A stretch of DNA of 64,000 nt, taken from Azolla caroliniana. Its lineage: Eukaryota; Plantae; Polypodiophyta. The first letter of the stretch is position 1. Every line of letters starts with the position of its first letter. The notes under the pieces were generated by a model, which searched no databases, was not told the DNA's origin, and saw nothing but the letters and a program-made list of their open reading frames with translations. Position numbers and translations under genes: made by a program. The stretch lies in contig JBHGNT010000016.1 in NCBI GenBank assembly GCA_043228905.1, positions 4,774,001-4,838,000 on the forward strand, read 5' to 3'. Below are positions 40,995 to 51,544 of the stretch, one piece after another.

Positions 40995-42746
40995 ACGAAG
41001 ACGATGAGTCGACTCACTCACTCGATAGTGAGTTCGGCAACTTCAATGTACCAATCAGAGCTAAGAAAGCCCTCATCTCTGCAAATGAAAAGCTTCGCCG
41101 CTCCACCCGTGAAAAGAATCCGGTCAGCCGATTCGGCTACAACGACTACATGGCATATCACTATGCCTTTATGATGAAGGTGGCGACAATACACGAGCCG
41201 AAAACTTTTTCCGAAGCAGCCAAAGATCCGCGATGGATCGAAGCCATGAACGAGGAGATGTAGGCACTACGCAAGAACGAGGCGTGGGATCTCGTTCCCA
41301 CCTCACCGCACAAAAAGACGATCAGATGCAGATGGATTTACAAAGTGAAGTACAACGCCGACGGTTCCGTCAACCGCTACAAAGCACGACTCGTAGCGAA
41401 AGGCTACGCCCAAACGCACGGAGTTGACTATGAAGAGACCTTTGCCCCGGTGTCAAAGATGACAATGGTACGGACCGTTATTGCGCTTGCCGTGGCGAAA
41501 GGGTGGCACCTCCATCAAATGGACATCAAGAACACCTTTCTACAAGGCGAATTGGAAGAGGAGGTGTACATGATACAACCACCCAGCTTCAACTCGAGCA
41601 CCCATCCGAAAGCTATATGCCAACTCAAGAAGCCACTCTACGGCCTCAAGCAAGTACCGCGTGCTTGGCATTCGAAGATAACGCGATATCTTCATCAAAT
41701 CGGCTTCCGTATGTCAAAATCGGACAACTCCCTCTACATACAAAGCGATTCCGCCAGTCCGGTCGTCATCATCTTATATGTGGATGACCTAGTCATTGGA
41801 GGTGAGCATCTCGTCGACCTCAATAAGGTCAAATCCCTCCTTTCCGACAAGTTCGAGATGACAGACATGAAGGAGCTCCACTACTTCCTCTACATCGAGG
41901 TAATTTGGACTCCGGCCGGATTCATGATCTCTCAACAACACTACATCCTCAACTTGTTATACAAGTTCGGGATGGCTGAGTGCAAATGCACGGCAACCCC
42001 GCTCGATCGCAATCTCAAACTAGATGCGAACTCCGGCACCAAAGCATGTGAGCCGACTCAGTATCGGCAACTCATCGGGAGTCTCATCTACCTCACGGTC
42101 ACTTGACCCGATCTTTGTTATCTGGTCGATCTCCTTAGTCAATTCATGCAAACACCGTGTGATACTCACTTGGATTGCGCTAAGCGAGTTCTACGATACG
42201 TGAGCGGCACAATGGATTGTGGCATCCTCTACAAGACCGCGATGCCAATACGACTCGAGGGGTACACAGACGCCGATTGGGCCGGCTACAAAGCCGATAG
42301 AAGATCAACCTCCGGATTTGTTTTCTCCCTCGACAGTGAAGCAATATCCTGGAGCAACAAAAAGCAACCAACTGTCACTCTTTCGAGCACAGAGGCGGAA
42401 TACAGGGGCGCGACAATGACTGCATGTGAAGCCGTATGGCTCAAAAGGATACTCAAGGATCTGGGCGTACCCCCTTTACTGCGACAACATGAGCAGTATC
42501 TATCTGGCTCGGAACCCAGTGTTCCACGCGCGGACAAAGCACATCGAAGTGCACTATCACTTCATCCGAGAGCGTGTTCTAGCTGGCGATGTCAACCTAC
42601 AACACATTAGCACCAATCTTCAAACGGTCGACATCTTCACTAAAGCCTTAGGAGCCGACAAGCTATGGCAATTCATGACCGATCTCGGATTGACGATCCC
42701 TGACCTGCCAAGCTTGAGGGGGACTACTGAAGACATTACGCAATAA
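40995..42746 (+). pseudogene. Copia A reverse transcriptase-RNase H, disrupted
   Basis: RYKARLVAKG, QMDIKNTFL, LYVDD, SSTEAEY, RTKHIEVHYHFIRE. Confidence 0.92.
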
Positions 42747-42984
42747 CGCAGGGATTCCGCAAACCGCGCACACTACGCAATAACGCGTGGATTACGCAAC
42801 CACACAACGAAGCCGCGAAGAAAGACGCAAGCCGAAGCACAGACTTCGCAACTACGCACAACGCAAGCTGGAGCACGGATTCCGCAACTCCGCATAAATG
42901 CGAGTCGATGCAGACTCCGGAACGCGAGTCGAAGCGGATTTTGGATATTGTCTGAAACCGACCCGACTTGAGCTTGAGGGGGCG

Positions 42985-43303
42985 TGTTGAGAATCAAGCT
43001 TAACTTGGTCTAGTGTGTGAACTCACCTTGAGAGTGAATAGACACTCCAACGGTCAAGAGTCACCATTATGTCACCTCTTTGTATTCTAGCATTTAGTAT
43101 GAGTCATAAAATCATATTCTATGACACATAACTTATGAGCTTTCACATTCCCCATGTTCCATGAGTCTTGTAGTTAATGAAGAGAGAGGGTGACTATATA
43201 AAGCACCCTCCTCCCACCTTGTATCAAGTCAAGTCTTTCTCCTTTGTTAATATACTTTTACCTTGTATATTCTCTGTGTCCTACTCCTTGTCTCTCTCAC
43301 TCA

Positions 43304-43335
<32 letters not shown>

Positions 43336-43389
43336 CACACATAACTCACATCTCTTCCGCTTCACAAGAATCGTATCTGATTCTTTACA
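42985..43389 (+). repeat. Copia A 3' LTR
   Basis: Preceded by GAGGGGGCG PPT, followed by TSD ATCCA. Confidence 0.95.
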
Positions 43390-43926
43390 ATCCACATCGT
43401 GCACATCCTCATCATTGCATTCTTTCGCTGCATTTTCATTTTCTTCCACAATATCAAACAATAAGGTATTGGCAATTCCCCATAAAGTATCCCAATTACA
43501 ATTATCCTTGTCAACCTCATCTACATGTATTAATTCGGCATATGTCGCTTTTTTCTCATTAATTTCCTCAATGCCCTTAAACCTCTTAGAGCTTCCAATG
43601 TCTTCCCTTTCACGATTACATTCAACCATCACATTACTCTTTTTTGGATCAATTGTTTCCATATCGATGTCCCCCACAATTTGAGAGGAATTCATGTTTA
43701 TATCCATTATTCTTGATGTGATAATGATCCGGGATAAAAACCATTTTCCATGAACAAGAAAGACAACTGGAACTCACCCAATTGAAGAGGTCGAAGATGA
43801 TGAATACAATCAAAGACCCGCAATGTGTTTTGAGTATGTGGATTCCAACAACACAAGATTCCTTATTTTAATCGTTGCTTCTTGCACAGACCACCAAATT
43901 TAACTTGCTATATCTCGTTACTTTAC

Positions 43927-44906
43927 ACATGTGTTCAACACTTGGTTACCTCATGGCAAGAAGCACTCTTGTTATGTGTATGGAAACCATCATGTAGTAG
44001 AGAGCATTGTAATTCTTTGCAAAAAGAGTTACTTGTGTCTTCTCGGTTATTATGTTGGCCAGGAAAGGAGAGATTACGTTCGCAATTTAATCGTTTGTTT
44101 TGTTTGGGGGTCAAAGAGGTGGGAGATATAGTTGAGGCTCCAATCTCAAAGAATTTTGGAGTTTGTTGAAGCACGACAATTATTACGCATTCTGCCTAAT
44201 TATGGGTTTATTTGGCAACAACTAGAAAATATTCCATTGATGCAAGGTCCCTTACCTCTACAAACAGGAGAACAACCGTGGATTGATTGGTGTTTAAAGG
44301 GTCAAACATCATTGTTACAAGTGACTACAAATCTTTTGTATCATTGCTCTGTTGAGTCTCTTGGATGGTTATCATCTAAGGCTAAAGAAGAATGGAGATT
44401 ACACAAATCTGATCATGGGTGGTGGCACATGTTACAATGTAGTTGGCATTCTAAATTGCCACTTGTAGCAAAGGTCTTCATTTGGAGAGTTTTGATTGGA
44501 GGATTGCCTTTGGGATTAGCTCTAAAGCATCGTGGACTAGCAACAGATAATTTCTTTTTTTGCACTGTTCAAATGGAAGATAGTACTCATCGATTTATAC
44601 AATGCCCAATTACTTCTCAAATTTGGAGTTACATTTCTCAAATTTGGAAAGTTTTATCACGGTGTTATTTGACACCTAGACATTGGGTATTTGCACAATT
44701 TCTTTATTGGAGCAAGTGGAAATCCTTTCCTCGGTGGAATGTTCATCTTGCCAATTGGCACTTCAACATGTTCCACTACCCATGTAGTGTAGTGTAGTGT
44801 AGTGTAGTGTAGTTAGTGGGTGACCATACTTCATGGTCACACCCATTGTAAGTAGTGTTTTTTACACACATTTATTAATATAATTGTGTGTTTTCACCCA
44901 AAAAAA
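43927..44906 (+). mobile_element. LINE copy 1, non-inverted 3' part (ORF2 C-terminus with zf-RVT-like region, 3'UTR, short A tail)
   Basis: TCVQHLVTSWQEA...KVFIWR...FFCTVQMEDSTHRFIQC aligns with 50390-51180; ends ATAATTGTGTGTTTTCACCCAAAAAAA then (GA)n. Confidence 0.88.
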
Positions 44907-45048
44907 CGAGAGAGAGAGAGAGAGAATTAAGAGTGAGAGAATTAAGAGTATATGAAGTATATAATAGAAAGGTGAGGAAATTGGGTTTCAAAACCATGGC
45001 GTAGTGCTTGTAGTGTTAACAACTTACCATTAGGGTAAGGTAATTACG

Positions 45049-45137
<89 letters not shown>

Positions 45138-45456
45138 AGAGAAGAGAAGAGAAAAACGAGATGACGTTCCAAGAATAGTGTTGAAACATGTTTCTGATGT
45201 AACTTTGTCCTCGGAACTCCATTTTTTATGATTTTTGGATCGTTGTGAAGCTCATTCAAAGGGTTTTCCAAGGATTATTTGGACGTTACGTTTCATTATA
45301 CTTACAAGAAGCTACAAGTAAATGTTTCATCGTCTCAGGTTAGTTCTCTCAATCTCTATTAGGATGGCTGACACAACAACAAGAAGTGAGTTGATGATTG
45401 TTGATGGATGTGGTAGTGATGATGGTTATGAAAACTACAAGAGGCAAAAGTGATGG

Positions 45457-46599
45457 ATGGACACTACTATTCTTGGTGGGAAAGATGTTATTGGAGATGA
45501 TTATGATATTGACAGTCGTTGTGATTTTGTTAAGGCTTTGCTTTCCGATTTTATGGAAAAAAATGAGAAAGATGCTAAAGATTGTGTGGATGAGGATGTT
45601 GTCGAGGTGGTGATGGAGACCAACGCTATGTTAGCAACTTTTGACAAGTTCTATGATCATTGTGTTATTTTGTATTTCACTATCAAACTTCCTTTGGTAT
45701 CATGGATTAAGCCATGGTTGAATTCATTCATAATGCGTAATTGTGTTGAGGATGTGTATGTGGGTCCCAAAGGTTTCTATTATATAGTTTTTCGATCATT
45801 AGAACATCGTACGGCTTTGATGGCAAAGGTACCAATCTTTTTTTATAGAAGATTAGTGCATGTGATGGAATGGGTTCCAGTGGTGGATTATAAAGATTTA
45901 TTAAAACAACAATGTCCAATTTGGGTGACCGTTGATTGTAGTAACTCATTCTTTTGGGATTTACTACTAGGATTGATGTCCCAAATTGGTAAAGTTTTGG
46001 TTGCTCCTCATGTTAATTCGTTGAACAAATGTAGATTTTGCATGTTATGGGATACAAGTTGTAAACTTCCAGGATGGTTGAGTATCGATACATCTCGATT
46101 TGGTCGATTTTGTTTTAAGCTTCAATGGGAAACTTTTGCAGGACATTGTTTTAAATGTGGTAAATTGGGGCATTTTATGGCTAAATGTCAATATCATGGC
46201 GAACTATCCCTAGAAAATAATGTCAAAGGGAAAAATAAGGAAGATGTTGAGAAGAATATTGTCTCAATGGTTGATATGGTCATGGATGAGGGAACATCTC
46301 ATGGGTTAGAGCGAGATCCTAAAGTTCATGGTCATGTTAGAGGTGTTGGGGAGGAGAATGGAGTATGTAATAATGATGGCCCAAATGGTGAAGATGGAGA
46401 GTGGCATCAAGTGAAGCATAAGATAAAAGGGAAGGATGTTGTCATACAAAGGGAATCAAAAAATACTAATGGTACGACATTACCAAAAGATAATTTGAGA
46501 TTGAAGGAGGGGTTTAAGAATAATCATTGGCTGAAACAAGTGCGTAATCAGAGATTGTCCGACCAATTACAATTCGATTCTTCAGGAAGGGTGGTATGA
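45457..46599 (+). pseudogene. LINE copy 2 ORF1 (nucleic-acid-binding, CCHC knuckle)
   Basis: 380-aa ORF homologous to 18546-19513 plus 43395-43707. Confidence 0.85.
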
Positions 46600-48032
46600 C
46601 CTCAATTAAATCAAGGACTTCGTTCTAGTAGAGCTAGACAACAAAACCCTAATATTGGTGGAAGGGATGTAGTACACACAAATCCTTATGCAGCTCTTGA
46701 ACAAGTAGTTAGTACATTCATGAATACACTTGCTCATAAAGAGCAAGTTCTTACCAAAAGTGTTAAATGAAAGTGGTATCATGGAATGTGAGAGGGGCAT
46801 TTTCTGCTCATAAGAAATATATATTATGGAAAACTTTCTTTGATAAAGGTTGGGATGTTTTATGTGCAATTGAACATAAGTGTCATGATTTAGCAGGATC
46901 TGTGTTACATTTGCGTGGATATTCCACATATTATGCAGGACAATTATCACATCATTACTCAGGGGTTGTCATGATTATTCGTGATTCGTTTTGTCCGCAT
47001 ATAGTCTATAATGATCCATATGGAAGTTTTTTGGTGATGGAAGTCAAGTATTTTGAGGATTTAATATGGTTGGTAGGAATCTATGCACCCAATAATGCTA
47101 ATCAACGCATTGAGTTATGGTCTTCAATGTATCCACGGTTATTAGTGGGACGTGTTGGTTTGTTAATGGGTGATTTTAATGTGTGTTGATGCTTTACAAT
47201 CTACTTCACGATTCTCATTGATGGATTCTCTTGAGCAAGCAATTTGGGACAAATTGGCATCAGAGGTTTTGAAGTTGGATGTATGGAAATGGTTGCATCA
47301 AGATGAGGTTAGGTTTACATTTCAGTCTATGCAATACAAGGAAAGATGGAGTAGGTTAGATAGAATGTATGTTATGCATGATGAGTCCTTTTTGCCAGAG
47401 ATGCTTAATATGTCAATTATACAAGATGTTGTGACATCAGATCATTTTCCCATATGTTTTGAGTTTAATAAACATGGGGTAGATATGTACAAAACATTGC
47501 TTCAACGAGTTCCTTTGAGGTTTAATTCTTCTTTATTATTACATTCTTTATTTGATGCCTATATGCAACAAATTTTGGCATGTTTTCATAACAAGTTATT
47601 TCAAAAGGATGGCATGCATGGGATACAACACTACAAAACATCAATGATATTCATCGTATGTATGGTATGACTAATGTTAAAAGACGTAAGAAATTGATTG
47701 ATAAGTTTTCATGTATTCTTACGCGGTGCAATGTACTATTGATGAATAATCCACATGATGAAGAGATTTTGGATGTTCAAGTTCAAGTACAAGACATTGT
47801 GAAGAATTTGTCTTGTCAAAGTTATCAACAGACAAGACTGCGTCAATTAAAGGAGGGATTTATAGATAATCAATCACAAATCTCATATGTTTTTTCAAGG
47901 ATTAAGACCACCATATGCTCGTTCAAATGTGGTACAAATTAAGATAGGGGATGACATTTTTGTAGACCCATTCAAGGTTATTGAGTTATGTATTACTCAT
48001 TTTAAGAATTTGATTGGGCCAGAGTTGATTAT

Positions 48033-48300
48033 TGACAAGAATGCACGCTCCCTTTCCACAACACTCGGCCACAACCGAGTCTAGAATCGAACACAGAAAA
48101 CGGATAATGAAACGCACGACACAAAGGAGAGAAGAGTACACAGGATGTTTAACGTGGAAAACCCTGAGAGGGAAAAACCATGGGAGTCCATAGACTCCAA
48201 ACTATCACTATATCACAATGATTACAACAGTGAGCTCACGGAGGCAACGACCTCGTGCTCACGATCTTCGCCACAGGCGGCGGTTACAACAGAGGCAACG

Positions 48301-48363
<63 letters not shown>

Positions 48364-48852
48364 CACTGTTACGCGCTCTCTAGTCTTGCACCAACAAGAA
48401 TGACAACAACAACTAAGGTTTGCCCTAAGTCATATTTATACTAATATGACTTTTCGGCTATTTACAAATATAGCCCCGATGGACTCTCAGAAACATATTT
48501 ACGAATATGTCCCTTCATTCGGTGAGCACTCCTCACCGGGCTTGCATCATCCCGTGCTTGCCGGGCACACTTCATCCGGTTCTCACAGGGCCTTCCATTG
48601 CCGGGTACACCACATCCGGTTCTCACCAGGTCTTCACCATCTGGCTCTTGCCGGGTACTCGTCATCCAGTTCTCACCAGGTCCTCCGTAGCCGAGTACTC
48701 GTCATCTGGTGCTTGCCGGGTACACCACATCCGGGTCTTCCGTAGCCAGGTACTCGTCATCCGGTTTCAGCCTCGGCCTATTGGCCTCGACCGAGTTTGC
48801 TCATCAGCATTGTTCTTCTCATTTCCCATCCGGAGGGACCTGTTTCCTAACA
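48033..48852 (-). mobile_element. Solo LTR (820 bp) inside LINE copy 2 ORF2
   Basis: TG...CA ends, 5-bp TSD ATTAT (48028-32, 48853-57); removal restores ELIINEDV; no internal coding region; orientation inferred from TATA- and U5-like motifs. Confidence 0.88.
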
Positions 48853-51489
48853 ATTATTAATGAGGATGTCTTGAAAGCATGACAAGAGTTTTATAATGTA
48901 ATTGGGAGTGCCCTTAATACAAATATTTGTCAAGAATTGGATGCTAATTTTGAAGAAGCTGAGGTGGAAAAGGTATTGTTACATCTTCCAAATGATAAAA
49001 ACCCTGGCTGGGATGATGTTACAAATGAAGTTTTTAAGAACTAAGCTAGCATGCTTAAGAGTCCATTCACTCAAATGTTTCGACAATGTTGGGATTCTAG
49101 TTTCATGCCTGAGAGCTGGAAGGTGGGCTTAATCAAATTGATACCAAAGGTACCTTCTCTAGAGTAATTTCATCAATGGAGGCCTATTTCATTGATGGGA
49201 GGGTTGTACAAAGTGTTTGCAAAGATATTATCCAACAGACTTAAGAAGTTCTTACCTCAACTTATTCATCCATCTCAATATGGTTTTATTACAAGTAGAA
49301 ATATATTGAATAATGTTTTGAATGTTCAAATGGCGACCGATTATTCTCAACATACACATCAAGAAATGGTTATGGTGCAATTAGATTTGGAAAAAGCATA
49401 TGATCATGTTAATTGGTCTTTCCTCTCATGTGTGATGTATAATATAGGTTTTGGTCCTCGTATGTGTCAACTTATCTTTTTGCTAGGGCAAAAGGCAACC
49501 TCTCGTATGATGGTTAATGGCGGAGTCACTCCGGAAGTGTTTCTTACTAGATCCGTGCGGCAAGGATGTCCACTAAGCCCATTGTTATTTGTTATTGTTA
49601 CACATCCTTTGTTAGTAATGTTGTCAAATCTTGCAGCCAGTGGTGATATTGTGGGTTTGCATCTTCCTTCTGGTGGACAATTGGTGGCAGATGATTCTTT
49701 TATGTTTTTACAAGCCTCAAAAGAAAATCTTAAAAGGAGTATGCAAGTTTGGGATCAATTTGCTTTGGCTTCAAGGTTGTATATAAATTGGAGGAAGTCT
49801 TGCCTTATTTCTTGTACGGAAAGTGATTTGGAATGTTTGGGATGACGAGGGTCGGTGATTACACGAGGTTCAATTTATCAACATTTGGGTTATCCATTGG
49901 GCATTGATGTTACAAATGTTCAATTGATTGATTGGATTGGTAATAAATTGAGGGACAAATTTATGTATTGGAAGTCTCAATTATGACCCTTTCATGTACG
50001 ACTCAAAGTGGTGCAATGTATCTTGATACCCATGTTATTATATTTTTTGCCTTTACTTCCTTGGACTAAGAAGGCATTACAAAGCATGTTACAACCTATT
50101 CGGTTCATGTTGTGGCGGAAGGGAGAAATGATGGGAGTTACATGGATTTCATGGGACCATTTGGCTACTCCTAAAAGGTTAGGTGGTGCAGCAATATTGG
50201 ATTTGGAAAGGCATTTGATGGCTCGTAGATTTACATTATTACAAGATATCTGTCAACAAGATCAACCATGGATATCTATGATGCAATATTTTATTGAGCA
50301 TGAAGGATTGGTGCATGGGAAAACAAAGATTCAAGCATCATGGTGGTCACTATTGAATGGAAGTATTCCTCTAAAGATTCGACATTGTGTATGTGGACAA
50401 CATTTGGTAAGATCGTGGCAAGATGCATTATCTCTTTTTGAATGGGGACCATCAAGTGATCGAGAATATTGTAATTCATTACAAAATGAATTGCTTGTTT
50501 CTTCTTGAGTGTTGTTTTGGCATGGGAAGGAGAAGTTGAAATCTCAATTCAATCGTTTATTTCGATTGGGGATTGTACATTTGGAAGATGTGGTTGATAA
50601 TGAATCTCAAAGGTTGTCGGATTTTGAAGATGCCAAGAGATGGTTATGTATTCCCCCAAATTATGGATTTATTTGGGAGAAATTACGTGATATACCATTG
50701 TTGCAAGGATCTTTGCCATTGAAAACCAATTTTGCACCGTGGGTAGATCGGCGGTTACAAGATGGTACACATTTGTTACAGGTCACTACAAATATATTGT
50801 ATCATCATGCGATGGCATCATTATCTTGGCTATCTCCTAAAGCAACAAAGTTTTGGAATGTATATAAGTCAGATGCAAGGTGGTGGAAAATATTACAACA
50901 TGGTTGGCATTCCCATCTAACATTTCGTGCAAAGGTATCCATATGGAGAGTCATGATTAGTGGGCTCCCACTAGGTTCGGCCTTAAAGAGACGAGGACTA
51001 GGGTCTGTCACTTGTTTCTTTTGCACCGTTCCATTGGAGGATAGTACACATAGGTTCATTAAATGTCCTATAACGTGTACCATTTGGAAGTACTTATCGG
51101 ACATTTGGCAAGTTTTAACCCGTTGTTGTTTGAGACCTCAACAATGGGTTTTTTCTCAATATGTTCAAAATGGATCAAATGATGAGATGGAGATATTGTT
51201 CCAATTTTTAGTTATTGGGGTCTACAACACAATTGGAATATGCGTAATGCTTTCATGTTTGATAATAGACATAGGGTGAAAGTCTATATAAAGAAGCTTA
51301 AAGGTGTTCTCATGTGGAATTTTTGGATGTTAGAGCATGTGGGGATCATTTCCTCAAATGCATATTCAGGTTTTTTAATAGCATTACAGAACGTCCCTCT
51401 CCCTACATAGGCATATGATAGGTAGAGGATACTAAGAAGTGTTGTAACTAAGTGGATTTTACATACAATTAATATAATTGTGTGGTTTT

Positions 51490-51540
<51 letters not shown>

Positions 51541-51544
<4 letters not shown>

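Larger units (their letters stand above)
19514..43389 (+). mobile_element. Ty1/Copia LTR retrotransposon A, full length and decayed; interrupted at 22441-40994
   Basis: LTRs 19514-19928 and 42985-43389 (TG...CA); TSD ATCCA (19509-13, 43390-94); PBS TGGTATCAGAGC 19929-40; PPT before 42985; gag 20106, PR WFVDSGAS, IN, then RT (LYVDD) and RH (YTDADWAG) at 41345-42746. Confidence 0.96.
15498..43926 (-). mobile_element. LINE copy 1, inverted 5' part (5'UTR, ORF1, most of ORF2), interrupted in ORF1 by Copia A (19514-43389)
   Basis: ORF1 pieces 43395-43707 and 18546-19513 rejoin (EDVHDVD-VDAKVVL); zinc-knuckle-like GCGKWGHFMAEC; ORF2 APE (GIYAPN, MGDFN) and RT (WRPISL, LDLEKAYD, RQGCPISP, LVDD). 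Confidence 0.92.
45150..51492 (+). mobile_element. LINE copy 2 (same family as copy 1), near full length and decayed; 5' boundary approximate; interrupted by a solo LTR
   Basis: ORF1 45457-46599 (CFKCGKLGHFMAKC); ORF2 from 46767 MKVVSWNVRG, SDHFPI, LDLEKAYD, RQGCPLSP, VADD, CFFCTVPLEDSTHRFIKC; GA-rich tracts on both sides. Confidence 0.92.

Noticed and set aside
48520-48775. CRISPR-like array (also 1061-1440, 20795-20900)
   Set aside because: Eukaryotic context, degenerate tandem units without unique spacers, no cas genes
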